In this document: positions 1 to 8,807 of the stretch, in pieces | How positions within the stretch are numbered: position 1 is the stretch's first letter | Layout of the letters: each line of letters starts with the position of its first letter | Virus record (IMG/VR): IMGVR_UViG_3300044949_001396 | Coordinates: 1 to 28,043 of that record | Length of the DNA stretch: 28,043 nt | Direction: 5' to 3' (one strand) | Origin: a virus | Lineage: Duplodnaviria; Caudoviricetes | Notes under the pieces: model-generated | Databases searched by the model: none | The model's input: the letters and a program-made list of their open reading frames with translations, nothing else | What the model was told of the DNA's origin: nothing | Position numbers and translations under genes: made by a program

Positions 1-1935
1 GGCCAGCCGACATTCAAGGGCACGCGCGAAGAGCTAAAGGCGCGCCCGGAGCTGTTTGGCGTGCAAGCTCCGCTGCTGGCTCGTGAGGCAGAGACGCCTT
101 ACGGCAAGGTCGCCGAAGAGGCTGTCATGGGCGGCGTCACGGGCCTCCCCGGAGGCCTCCGCACTATGGCTGGGCGCGCCCTCACCGGCGCGGCTGCTGG
201 CGCGGCTGGCGAGACGGCTGGGCAGCTTACAAAGGGGCAAGAGAACGAACCCTACTGGCGGCTCGTATCGGCGCTTGGCGGCGGCTTCCTTGGTGCCAAG
301 GCCGCCAACACGCTTTTGCCGGCGGCCACCGCCCGTGACGAGATTGCTGATGCTCTCTTGCGAGATCAAAGCAAGGGCCAGTTGCGCATGACGCCGGAGC
401 AGGTCCGGCAGGCAGTCAACGAGGGTCGCCCTGTTACGCTGACGGATATGGCGGGCCCGGAGACCATGCTTCTGATCCAGAAGAAGGCCGGGACTTCGTC
501 TCTTAACCAGACGCGCCTCGCCCAGTTCAACGCAGATATGGCGGAGCGTGCTGGCCAAGCCGGCGATAGAGTTGAACAAACTGTCGTGTCTGCGATTGGC
601 CGCCCTGTGGATGCGGATGCGTTTACGCAATTCAAGCGTGAACAGGGCCGCACCACTCGCGACATCGTGTTTGGCCTTGCTCGCGCCAATCCGGTTGCAG
701 ACAGCATTCCAAGCGACATCTTGCGCGACCTGATGCGCACGCCCTCCATGCAGGAGGCGATGCGGCGAGCCGACATTTCCGCCGAAGAGTTGACGCGCTT
801 TAACATCAAGCCGTTTCAAGAAATCCCTGCCGTCCCCGCCGTTGAGAGCAAGATTGTTCAAACGCCGCAGGGGCTGCGGATGCAACAGGGCTCTCCCGGA
901 CGCCCTGCGCAGGTTATCGACGGCAATCTGAGCTACTGGCACAAGGTTGACCAAAAATTCGGGGACATGATCGAGAAGGCTAAGCGGGAGGGGGAAAACG
1001 ACCTCGCCGGCGAATACACGGCGACCCGCAACGAGCTGCGCCAGAGGATCTACCGTGTCGTTCCTGAGTATGAAACAGCTCTTGGCGTGAGCCGCAGGAC
1101 GTTTCAGGGGGAGAGCGCGCCAGAGGCTGGTTTTAACTTCGCTCAGTCTCTTTTCTCAGCGCAGCAGAACCCGTTTAAGCGCGGAGATGTGAGGCGCGAG
1201 TTTCAGGCAATGCCCCCTGAAAATCAGGAGGCCCTGCGCGTTGGCGTGGCTCACGCCATTTCTCAAAGGGCTTTGAGCGGAAACATTGGTCCTCTGGCCA
1301 ACAAGTTCCGCAACGACAGAAATTTTCAGCGCGACATGCGCACTGTTCTGGGCGACGACCGGTACTATCAAATCGCCGGGTCTGTAATCGCGGAGGACGT
1401 TCTTCGTCGCCTCCCGCAGATGCGCCCCGCCGCTGGCGGCCCCACCGCCGGGACAGTTGGCGTCACCGCTGGGCTGGGCGCTGCGGCGATAGATAACCTG
1501 CCCAACATCATCCAGATGCAGGCGGCCCTTCCGCCCGAGACGATCACAAAGGCCCTGATCGCCGCCGGCATTGGAGCTGCTGGAAAGGGCATGTATGCGG
1601 CGGCGGATCGTCGTGTCGCCAACGCCATGATGCCCATGGTCCTTTCACGAGATCCCGATCAGGTCGCTCAGTTGGCTCGATTGGTTGAAGAAAACGCGGT
1701 CGCCCGGCGCGTGTTCAATCGCATGAACACCACTCTAGCGACGGCCTACGATCAGCACGTTCGCACTATGGAGAGAGAGCAGGAGCGTCCCGCCCGTGCC
1801 ACAGGCGGAGCGGTGAACCTGAAGGCTCTCGCCAAGAGCGCAAAAGATCATGTAACGTCCAGCACCGAGAAGCTTTTGAACACCGACGACGACACGGTGG
1901 CCAAGGCTCTTGAGGTTGCTAATCAGCATATTTGA
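1..1935 (+). CDS. Internal virion / DNA-ejection-like protein, 5'-truncated by the window
   Basis: Frame is open from base 1 to the stop at 1935. Large helical protein with Gly/Ala-rich hydrophobic segments, located just before the tail-fibre gene as in podoviruses. C-terminus contains RATGGAV...VAKALEVA. Confidence 0.6.
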   Translation, partial: GQPTFKGTREELKARPELFGVQAPLLAREAETPYGKVAEEAVMGGVTGLPGGLRTMAGRALTGAAAGAAGETAGQLTKGQENEPYWRLVSALGGGFLGAKAANTLLPAATARDEIADALLRDQSKGQLRMTPEQVRQAVNEGRPVTLTDMAGPETMLLIQKKAGTSSLNQTRLAQFNADMAERAGQAGDRVEQTVVSAIGRPVDADAFTQFKREQGRTTRDIVFGLARANPVADSIPSDILRDLMRTPSMQEAMRRADISAEELTRFNIKPFQEIPAVPAVESKIVQTPQGLRMQQGSPGRPAQVIDGNLSYWHKVDQKFGDMIEKAKREGENDLAGEYTATRNELRQRIYRVVPEYETALGVSRRTFQGESAPEAGFNFAQSLFSAQQNPFKRGDVRREFQAMPPENQEALRVGVAHAISQRALSGNIGPLANKFRNDRNFQRDMRTVLGDDRYYQIAGSVIAEDVLRRLPQMRPAAGGPTAGTVGVTAGLGAAAIDNLPNIIQMQAALPPETITKALIAAGIGAAGKGMYAAADRRVANAMMPMVLSRDPDQVAQLARLVEENAVARRVFNRMNTTLATAYDQHVRTMEREQERPARATGGAVNLKALAKSAKDHVTSSTEKLLNTDDDTVAKALEVANQHI

Positions 1936-1946
1936 GGGGGCTAGAT

Positions 1947-2852
1947 ATGGCATCTTCTTTCACAACAAATAAAAGCATCGAAAAGCCCGCTTATAACGAC
2001 TACTCCGGCAATCCAACCGGTTGGTCGGGCCCCGTCAATACAGACTGGGACATTATTGATGCGGCGTTTGGCGGCCTGACATCCTTGACCGATGTCACAG
2101 GTACATTCACTCTCTCCGCCTCTCAGTATCAAAAGCTCGTTTTGCAAAGCGCCGCCACATTAACTGGCAACGTCCGCTACAACGTTCCGTCTGGTGTTGG
2201 TGGCCAATGGATTGTTCGAAACGCCACTAGCGGAAACTTTACGCTGACTATTGGCACAACTGCAGGCGGCGGAACGTCTGTCGCTATTCCGCAGGGTCAG
2301 ATTGAGGTTGTATATTCGGACGGAACCAACATCCGCTCCACGCGCTCGACGGCAGATCGCTTCCCTGTAGGCGGGATCGTCATGTGGTCGGGCACTATTG
2401 CGACCATTCCGACTGGCTGGTTTCTGTGTAATGGCAGCAACGGCACGCCAGATCTTCGCGACAAGTTTGTCATCGGCGCAACGCAAGACGATGCGGGCGT
2501 CGCCAAGACCAACATCACCGGTTCGCTCACGCAGACTGGCGGCGACAAGAACGCCGTTCTCGTCAGCCACACGCATACGGCGACAGTGACGGATCCGGGG
2601 CATGGTCACGAATTCAGGGTCAGCCTCACTACTCAAAGCTCTGTTGGCTCAACTACTACGGGCGGATTCGTCCTCAATTCATCGACGACATCTACTCAGG
2701 CAGCCAACACAGGCGCGGCATCCGACAGCAACCAGATCGGTGAGGCTTTGACCGGCGTCACGGTCGCCAACTCAACCGAAGGCGTCTCTGGCACCAACGC
2801 CAACTTGCCCCCGTACTACGCGCTCGCGTACATCATGCGCGGGCCCTATTGA
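1947..2852 (+). CDS. Tail fibre / tail-collar domain protein
   Basis: Collar motif PVGGIVMWSGTIATIPTGWFLCNGSNGTPDLRDKFVIGA, HTHT motif, C-terminal NLPPYYALAYIMR. GAGGGGG upstream of ATG 1947. Confidence 0.85.
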   Translation: MASSFTTNKSIEKPAYNDYSGNPTGWSGPVNTDWDIIDAAFGGLTSLTDVTGTFTLSASQYQKLVLQSAATLTGNVRYNVPSGVGGQWIVRNATSGNFTLTIGTTAGGGTSVAIPQGQIEVVYSDGTNIRSTRSTADRFPVGGIVMWSGTIATIPTGWFLCNGSNGTPDLRDKFVIGATQDDAGVAKTNITGSLTQTGGDKNAVLVSHTHTATVTDPGHGHEFRVSLTTQSSVGSTTTGGFVLNSSTTSTQAANTGAASDSNQIGEALTGVTVANSTEGVSGTNANLPPYYALAYIMRGPY

Positions 2853-2855
2853 TAG

Positions 2856-2885
2856 AAAAAGGCTCCCGGTGACAAGCCGGGAGCC
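2856..2885 (-). terminator. Intrinsic terminator of the leftward operon
   Basis: 9-bp stem GGCTCCCGG/CCGGGAGCC followed by T5 on the minus strand. Confidence 0.8.
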
Positions 2886-2962
2886 AAGTCAGGGGGACAC
2901 GACAGAGCCTTTCGGCGAGGCCGGAAGGCGGCTGTCACACATCGGGGACATCCCGATGTTCT
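2856..2962 (-). ncRNA. Candidate structured RNA / 3' UTR sRNA (three hairpins, suhB/MmgR-like 3' end)
   Basis: Three consecutive stem-loops fill the intergenic gap, with GUGUCCCCCUGACUUGG directly before the terminator. Confidence 0.35.
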
Positions 2963-2968
2963 TCGAGT

Positions 2969-3499
2969 TTACATTCTTCTCTCGATAATCATAGCCGCAT
3001 AACGCTGCTTGTACCTCTCAGCGTTGCGATTGAGTTTCTTGTTCCATCCGCCGACGCCGGCAACGTGACAACGCGCCATCTCTTGCGTTGTGCGAACCCC
3101 GTGCTGAATGCATAGCTTCATGTGCGCAATGCCGGCAGCTATTCCATATTCGCAGTCGTGGAGCTTCGAAGGGTCATATCCAAGGGCTCTCGCCGATCCC
3201 GGCATGACCTGCATCACTCCTCTGGCTCGCCCGTGGCGTGTGGACGGCCCAGTGGCCCTGCAATTAAATCCGCTCTCTAATTTGGCGATGCGAAGCGCTG
3301 CATCTACCCATTGAGGCCCCAGCTTTTGGGCTGCTTGTTTGGCTACAATCTTTTGAACGGCTCCGGATGCTTTGATGGGGGCGGATCTGTCTGTCCATTG
3401 TCCAGTTCTGTCTCGTTCAAAAAACTCTGCCGATGACATCTCCGCCATTGCCGCGCTGCTGGACATAGCCAAAGCAGCGATAAACAAAAAGGCTCGCAT
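2969..3499 (-). CDS. Lytic transglycosylase (SLT family) with Sec-type signal peptide
   Basis: Catalytic motifs IAKLESGFN and ARGVMQVMP. N-terminus MRAFLFIAALAMSSSAAMA. AGGAG RBS. Confidence 0.85.
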   Translation of the reverse strand: MRAFLFIAALAMSSSAAMAEMSSAEFFERDRTGQWTDRSAPIKASGAVQKIVAKQAAQKLGPQWVDAALRIAKLESGFNCRATGPSTRHGRARGVMQVMPGSARALGYDPSKLHDCEYGIAAGIAHMKLCIQHGVRTTQEMARCHVAGVGGWNKKLNRNAERYKQRYAAMIIERRM

Positions 3500-3563
3500 G
3501 CGTGCTCCTGTTGCTGGCAGGACCGATCACTCCATAGGTCTTGCGGTTGAAGAAGATTGCGTC

Positions 3564-3737
3564 TTACTTGCCATACTTCCTTTCGATCTCCTCTAGGGTT
3601 AGAACCTTCACCTCTGGAAGCGTGACTGGCTTGGATTCATTCAGGATTTTGCTCTTCGCCGCGCCAGCGATTGCTTTCTGGCGTCTCTTTTCTGGGCTGT
3701 ATTTGCCCCGGTGCTGGCGCAGCGAAACTGATTTCAT
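3564..3737 (-). CDS. Small basic hypothetical protein (57 aa, not in ORF track)
   Basis: Translated by hand as MKSVSLRQHRGKYSPEKRRQ...IERKYGK. GGAGG RBS. Fills the operon gap. Confidence 0.65.
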   Translation of the reverse strand: MKSVSLRQHRGKYSPEKRRQKAIAGAAKSKILNESKPVTLPEVKVLTLEEIERKYGK

Positions 3738-3769
3738 ATTTGTCCCTCCAACAACGCGGTTTTTTGATG

Positions 3770-4225
3770 TTATTCCTCAAGCCTCGCCACTTGCGCGCCA
3801 CGCTGCTGGTTCTGGTACTTGCCCCTGTACGGCAACTCTGTCGGCTCCGGCAGCATATGGAACACCACTTGAGCGATGGGCGATCCGGACTCGATCATGA
3901 TCTCGCTATATCCATGATTGGTCAACTCTAGCGTCAGCCAGCCCTGCCAGCCGGGTTCGATGACCGTATTCTGCACTGCGAGCCCCATGCGAGCCCATGT
4001 CGATTTGTCATGAACGAAGCCGATAATGTCGTCGTGCATGGTGAAGCGTTCCACGGTTGACGCCAGCGCGAACGCGCCCGGCCTCAAGAGCAACCGCTCC
4101 GCAACGCGCACGTCATAGCCCGCAGGGCCGAGGCCATAAGTCATGCCGTTCGCTACAGACCTCTCCACGAAGGGGTCAACTGGCTTAATCTCTCTGAGCA
4201 TTTTCGGAGTTAAAATCATGCTCAA
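3770..4225 (-). CDS. dcd: dCTP deaminase (trimeric dUTPase superfamily)
   Basis: Motifs YGLGPAGYDVR, DKSTWARMGL, IEPGWQGWLTLEL, IAQVVF, YRGKYQNQ. Confidence 0.9.
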   Translation of the reverse strand: MSMILTPKMLREIKPVDPFVERSVANGMTYGLGPAGYDVRVAERLLLRPGAFALASTVERFTMHDDIIGFVHDKSTWARMGLAVQNTVIEPGWQGWLTLELTNHGYSEIMIESGSPIAQVVFHMLPEPTELPYRGKYQNQQRGAQVARLEE

Positions 4226-4644
4226 CGACCTCTCTTGATTTTATTGTCATTCGGATATTGCCAAGAATTTGCTCTGTGGACGGCATAGACGCATGTGGAA
4301 TGATCGCGCCGCATCAGTTCTCCGATCTTTGGATACGACCACCCACGAGTGTGCAGCAACCAAGTGATTGCACGCCGGCACATGCAGACACGGTGCCTGC
4401 GCCCCCTTCCCACTACTGCGACCCAAGAAACGTTGTAGGCCAGCAAGATTGACGAAACAGAAGCCCTGATGCTTGGCGAAGCAATTGGCAGCCCGTACAT
4501 CAGCATTGCAGCGTGCCGCTGCTCCTTTCTCATCGTGTCTTTTTCAATCTTTGGCGGCCTCTCGACCCTTGTGATGGGCGCAGCCTTTGGCGCAAGGCGG
4601 CTCTTGACCGCCGCATAATGCGCCCGCTGTTCCTCAATATTCAT
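4222..4644 (-). CDS. Protein with DnaA C-terminal (domain IV)-like HTH
   Basis: SYPKIGELMRRDHSTCVYAV resembles the DnaA signature SLxxIGxxFGGRDHTTVxHA. Confidence 0.75.
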   Translation of the reverse strand: MNIEEQRAHYAAVKSRLAPKAAPITRVERPPKIEKDTMRKEQRHAAMLMYGLPIASPSIRASVSSILLAYNVSWVAVVGRGRRHRVCMCRRAITWLLHTRGWSYPKIGELMRRDHSTCVYAVHRANSWQYPNDNKIKRGR

Positions 4645-4871
4645 TCCACCCGTTCCCCTGCAACCCGATCACGAATGTACTTACGAAGCATCATCTCCAC
4701 CGAGCTTGCCACGTCGTACTCCGACCAGACATCGGTCGGGTTGTCATGCGGACGATCCATCGCGGAGCACCATGCTTCCCACAGTTCCGGATTGGCTACG
4801 TGGCAAGGCTTATTGCTCGCTCCCTCCAGCGGGAGAGACAGTAGAAGATCCATCGCGGTCAGCGGTCCCAT
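4641..4871 (-). CDS. Hypothetical protein
   Basis: Fills the operon with an ATGA-type overlap to the next gene. Start uncertain. Confidence 0.5.
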   Translation of the reverse strand: MGPLTAMDLLLSLPLEGASNKPCHVANPELWEAWCSAMDRPHDNPTDVWSEYDVASSVEMMLRKYIRDRVAGERVE

Positions 4872-5124
4872 GTTTCATCTCCGATGCAAAGGCTAAGTAG
4901 TTGATGGCGTCCAGATAGTTGTCGCGCTTGTCTCGGTTTCCGGACATGCGCGCGAGCTTCGTGGCCACAAGGATCATGGCCACTTCGTAATTCGTGAACC
5001 TTACCCCAGTCGCCAGCGAGGCGATGACGGCGATCTTAGCAAAGTTGTCCTCAATCCCTCCGTAGTCCTCTCCGCGCTCGCCAATCAGACGTGCGCACTC
5101 TTTGAGTGTGTTGTGGGGGTCCAT
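4810..5124 (-). CDS. DUF6378-like phage protein (nucleotide-metabolism associated)
   Basis: Pattern ERGEDYG...NFAKIA...VAMILVATKLAR...DNYLDAINY. Confidence 0.75.
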   Translation of the reverse strand: MDPHNTLKECARLIGERGEDYGGIEDNFAKIAVIASLATGVRFTNYEVAMILVATKLARMSGNRDKRDNYLDAINYLAFASEMKHGTADRDGSSTVSPAGGSEQ

Positions 5125-5379
5125 TTACCGCTCCTCCAGAACGCGGATCTTGCCGATAAAGGCACAGTTTACGATGTTTGTGCCGCGCAGCTTGTACTTT
5201 CCAGCAGATTGGAAACGATCCTCTGCGTCATAGTAGTATTCATCGACGATGATGAAGTCATTGCGATGCAGGAGTTCGTAAAACTCAACGATGTTTGTTA
5301 CGCCCTTTATTTCGCAGGTCATTTGATGGACGGGTTTACCTTGGTTTGACGGCATGTGCATGGTCAGAAGAAACTTCAT
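5125..5379 (-). CDS. Hypothetical protein, first gene of the leftward operon
   Basis: AAGGAGA RBS. Abuts the next gene. Confidence 0.75.
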   Translation of the reverse strand: MKFLLTMHMPSNQGKPVHQMTCEIKGVTNIVEFYELLHRNDFIIVDEYYYDAEDRFQSAGKYKLRGTNIVNCAFIGKIRVLEER

Positions 5380-5407
5380 TTCATCTCCTTAACTAAAGGA
5401 TGGGCCA

Positions 5408-5484
5408 ATCATACTCGCCGAGGAAGAAGACCGTCAAGGACAAAATGTCTCGCATTTGACCACACAGACAAATTGTCTTAGGTT
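5408..5484. promoter_or_regulatory. Divergent sigma70-like promoters with two palindromic operators
   Basis: Leftward TTGACG-18-TATGAT (5437-5408). Rightward TTGACC-17-TAGGTT (5456-5484). RGACA-W3-TGTCT at 5438-5450 and 5466-5478. Confidence 0.7.
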
Positions 5485-5506
5485 CGCCCACGATAAGGGG
5501 TGATGC

Positions 5507-5704
5507 ATGGCTGCGGTGAATTGGGACTTGATTGAGCAGATTGCTCATGAGCTTGGGGTGACGAAGTACGCCACCGCCAAGTGGCGACAGCGTGGACAGG
5601 TGCCTTACAAGTGGCGGCTGCCGATTGTCTTAAAGTCAGACGGGCGGATCCGCTGGGAGCAGTACCACAAGATGGACAATCAGCGCCGCAGGGACGTTAA
5701 CTGA
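5507..5704 (+). CDS. Cro-like HTH regulator
   Basis: IAHELGVTKYATAKWRQRGQVP helix-turn-helix pattern. Lone + gene behind the divergent promoter. Confidence 0.75.
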   Translation: MAAVNWDLIEQIAHELGVTKYATAKWRQRGQVPYKWRLPIVLKSDGRIRWEQYHKMDNQRRRDVN

Positions 5705-6003
5705 GCCTTCGCGTCTTCCTGTCCGTGCGCCACGATTACTGTCTGGCCGATTGAGGTCAGATACTCTCGCCAGTCCTTTTGCTTCTGGCTCAACGTACCG
5801 CCGCCTACGCGCTTCATTTCGACCCAGACCAACCATGCCGGGATGAACAAGTCGGGCACACCTGCGGTCGCGCCCTCTGCTTTCAGCCGGGATGCCGTGG
5901 CGAGCGATCTTGCGCCACCGTTGGGGATGGCGAAGATCCGAACGCCCGGATGGTTCTTGCGGAACCATGAAACGAACTCTCGCTGCTCAAGGTGCTCGCT
6001 CAA
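5680..6003 (-). CDS. VRR-NUC domain nuclease
   Basis: SEHLEQ, FAIPNGG, GVPDL, VEMKR..G.LS..QK.W. Likely TTG start at 6003 overlapping the upstream TGA. Confidence 0.85.
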   Translation of the reverse strand: MSEHLEQREFVSWFRKNHPGVRIFAIPNGGARSLATASRLKAEGATAGVPDLFIPAWLVWVEMKRVGGGTLSQKQKDWREYLTSIGQTVIVAHGQEDAKAQLTSLRR

Positions 6004-6203
6004 AACGGAAGCTCCGGCTCCCACTTTTCGCACTCGTCCAACGCCTCCGCGAAGTCCTTTGGCGGCATCACATGGAACACGCCACACTCTCCATTAACGC
6101 TGTAGAAGTTGCATGTGTGGCAGCAGCGCGGCGGGCCGTTCTTAACCCACTCGCGCCACGCCTTTACGAAGTCAGGCTCAGGCGGTCTCATATGCTTGCT
6201 CAT
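6000..6203 (-). CDS. Small Cys-rich hypothetical protein
   Basis: MSKHMRPPEP...CCHTC...C...C...ELPF. Coupled to both neighbours. Confidence 0.7.
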   Translation of the reverse strand: MSKHMRPPEPDFVKAWREWVKNGPPRCCHTCNFYSVNGECGVFHVMPPKDFAEALDECEKWEPELPF

Positions 6204-7791
6204 CCCAAACTCTCTTAATGATGCGGGCGTATTTGCCGTCCATCCGGTACTCGATAACGTCCGGGGGATCCCCATCATTCATCGTGGCGACGATTTCTTC
6301 AAGCCCCCTAAACGCTATCCCACCATATGAAACGCCCGCATCCTTCGCCATTTTTGACAACTGCTTTGCCGCCTTTTGGCCCGGATACCCGTCATAGCCA
6401 ATCGTCAGATACTCTGTGATGCCCGGCTCCGCATATCCGCCATAGTAGGTGACGGCGAGCATCTCCTTGCCGCTCGCGCGGCTCACATGGACGCGCCAGC
6501 GCCACGAGGTGACTGACATCTCGGCCCCATCCATCCCCATGATGTCCACGTCGGACAGTTTCCATTTTTTCGGCGCTGGCGGCGGGAATGGATTGCCGCA
6601 GGATGGACACTTGTCCACTTTGGGGTGACACAGCTCGCCGCAAGCCTCGCAGACCTTCACAGGGGCCTCCCCGGTGCTGTCTCCCTTCTTTTTTGGCGGC
6701 CTGACGGCGGTGATGGGGCCGTGCGTTTCGATCACGCCAGCAAAGTCCAGAACCAGACAGTGGTCAGTGTGTGACTTGGGTCGCATCCCTCGCCCAGCCA
6801 TCTGAACGTATAGGCTGGGGCTCATGGTGGGTCGCACCATGGCGATGAGGTCAATGTCGGGATAGTCAAAGCCGGTCGTCAGGACATTGGCGTTTGTGAG
6901 GGCTCGAAGCTCGCCAGACTTGAAGGCGTCTAGGATCTCCTCGCGCTGCTTCTTTGGCGTGTCCCCAGTCACACAATCCGCCGCGATGCCGCAATCTTTC
7001 AGCATGTCTGCCATGTTGCGGGCATGCTTGACGCCAGTACAGAAAAACAGCCACGCCTTACGGTCGCCCGCCCGCTCAATAACCTCGCGCACGACAGCTT
7101 CGTTCGTCATCTTGTTGTCCACTGCTGCCTGAAGCTCGCTTTCGATGAACTCGCCGCCGCGCTGGTGAACGCCAGACAGATCCAGCTTTGCCTTTGTTGT
7201 CTTGCTGCTGAGTTTCGCCAGATACTTTTTGTGGATCAGCTCCTCGATACTGACTGGCTCTAAAAGCGCATCGAACAGGGCTGGGGCGTCGGTAATCATT
7301 CCATGCCCGAGCCGGTAGGGCGTGGCCGTAAGGCCGATCACACGAAGGCGCGGGTTGATGGTGGCTAGATCGCCAATAAGGCGACGGTATCCGCCCTCGT
7401 TTTCGTGAGAAACGAGGTGACATTCATCGATAATCACCAGATCGACATGGCCGATCTCTCCCGCTCGATTGCGAATGGATTGGATTCCTGCAAATGTAAT
7501 TGGCTCCTCCAGCTCCTTTCGCCGCAAGCTGGCGGAGAAGATACCAAGCGGCGCTCCGGGCCAGTGCTGAAGCATTTTCTGGGCGTTCTGCTCAATCAAC
7601 TCCTTGACGTGCGTCAGCATCAAAATGCGCGTCTCAGGATAGTCTTGCAGGGCCCCCTTGCAGAGGGCCGCTATGATGTGGCTCTTGCCCGAGCCCGTTG
7701 GCGCTACGATGCATGGGTTGCCCTTGTTCCCGGCTTCAAACCATACGTACAGCTCATCGATGGTGCGCTGCTGATAATCTCGGAGTTTCAT
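6178..7791 (-). CDS. SF2 DExH helicase (RadD/YejH-like) with zinc ribbon
   Basis: LRDYQ, APTGSGKS, DECH, GLTATP, LTTGFD, QMAGRGMR, CxxC...CPSC. Confidence 0.92.
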   Translation of the reverse strand: MKLRDYQQRTIDELYVWFEAGNKGNPCIVAPTGSGKSHIIAALCKGALQDYPETRILMLTHVKELIEQNAQKMLQHWPGAPLGIFSASLRRKELEEPITFAGIQSIRNRAGEIGHVDLVIIDECHLVSHENEGGYRRLIGDLATINPRLRVIGLTATPYRLGHGMITDAPALFDALLEPVSIEELIHKKYLAKLSSKTTKAKLDLSGVHQRGGEFIESELQAAVDNKMTNEAVVREVIERAGDRKAWLFFCTGVKHARNMADMLKDCGIAADCVTGDTPKKQREEILDAFKSGELRALTNANVLTTGFDYPDIDLIAMVRPTMSPSLYVQMAGRGMRPKSHTDHCLVLDFAGVIETHGPITAVRPPKKKGDSTGEAPVKVCEACGELCHPKVDKCPSCGNPFPPPAPKKWKLSDVDIMGMDGAEMSVTSWRWRVHVSRASGKEMLAVTYYGGYAEPGITEYLTIGYDGYPGQKAAKQLSKMAKDAGVSYGGIAFRGLEEIVATMNDGDPPDVIEYRMDGKYARIIKRVWDEQAYETA

Positions 7792-8807
7792 TTCACCACC
7801 TCAGAACCGGGCCACATTTCGCGGATCTTTTGCACCGCCCCATTGGCGCACCCGGACGGATTGGTCAGGATTTCGCGGGACGAAAATATGGTCGCATCCG
7901 GCTCGCCGTTCGACACGTCGTTGCCATCGATCTCATAGACGAACGTCCACTCGTTGATGCCTTCTTTGACCTTCCACGGCACCAAATCGAAGTGCAGGGT
8001 GTGCGCCTCGCAGCCCTTCAGTTGGTACTCGTAGGGAATGCCATCAGCATCGTGCCGCTCGCACCTCCACGTCGAGTCCTCTTTCGGCGTCGAGTGGGCG
8101 CAGGTCCGACAGTTCACCTCTTGCGTCAGCTTGGTCTGGTGACAGAACTCATGCGCCGGGCAGAACTTGCACTGATACCAAGAGGGGTCTGTCGAGATTG
8201 GCGGCGGCATGCGACTATCCAGTGCCAAACGCTTGCCGCGAGCGATCAGGCTCTCGGCGGCCTCTTTGTCAAACTTCACCCGCTCTGTGTAGTAGCGGTC
8301 GTCATCTTTACAGACAGCCACGTACAGGGCGCGCTCTATGCACGTTCCCGCCATGTAGACTTGCATCTGAACCCAATGTTCCGGCTTTGCCTTCTTCACG
8401 CCTTCCTTTTCGAGGGCGTCGAAGGATTTTTTGTTATGCGTTTTGAACTCAGCGATATGGCGAACGGTCGGCGCTTCCGGCACGCCGCCCTCAATGATGG
8501 CGTCGGCACTGCCCGAGACGTGCGATCCAAAATTGACGTTCGCTTGGCGCTTGGAAAACTCGACTCCAATCATGTCAAGATCGCGCATGATTGACGCTTC
8601 CTCGGCATGGCCTCGCCGGAACAAGCGCAGCATTCTGCCGGGAAACTTTTGGCGCACCGCCCACCGAAAGTTCAGCCATATCCAGCGGTCGCACGCGTGG
8701 CCGAGCATCGATGCGCCAAGGTGCGGACGCGGGCGATCTTCTTTGACTTCATGCGCCTGATCGATAAGCAAGGCGATGTCATTCTTAGGCGGCGGTATCG
8801 GAGCCAT
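7788..8807 (-). CDS. Cas4-like PD-(D/E)xK exonuclease
   Basis: HLGASMLGHAC, GSADAII, AEFKT, QMQVYM and C-terminal CKFC...C cluster ligands. Confidence 0.85.
   Translation of the reverse strand: MAPIPPPKNDIALLIDQAHEVKEDRPRPHLGASMLGHACDRWIWLNFRWAVRQKFPGRMLRLFRRGHAEEASIMRDLDMIGVEFSKRQANVNFGSHVSGSADAIIEGGVPEAPTVRHIAEFKTHNKKSFDALEKEGVKKAKPEHWVQMQVYMAGTCIERALYVAVCKDDDRYYTERVKFDKEAAESLIARGKRLALDSRMPPPISTDPSWYQCKFCPAHEFCHQTKLTQEVNCRTCAHSTPKEDSTWRCERHDADGIPYEYQLKGCEAHTLHFDLVPWKVKEGINEWTFVYEIDGNDVSNGEPDATIFSSREILTNPSGCANGAVQKIREMWPGSEVVK

Noticed and set aside
34-954. 306-aa minus-strand ORF and similar shadows (7698-8594, 9624-10433, 10545-11327, 24666-25631)
   Set aside because: Each lies almost wholly opposite well-supported genes and shows no recognisable domain.
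2890-2965. Possible tRNA
   Set aside because: The hairpins are serial, with no closing acceptor stem or recognisable D and T arms in cloverleaf positions.
7788-8807. Cas4-like gene as evidence of CRISPR-Cas
   Set aside because: No array or other cas genes. It sits in a standard Sak4/SSB/helicase recombination module.
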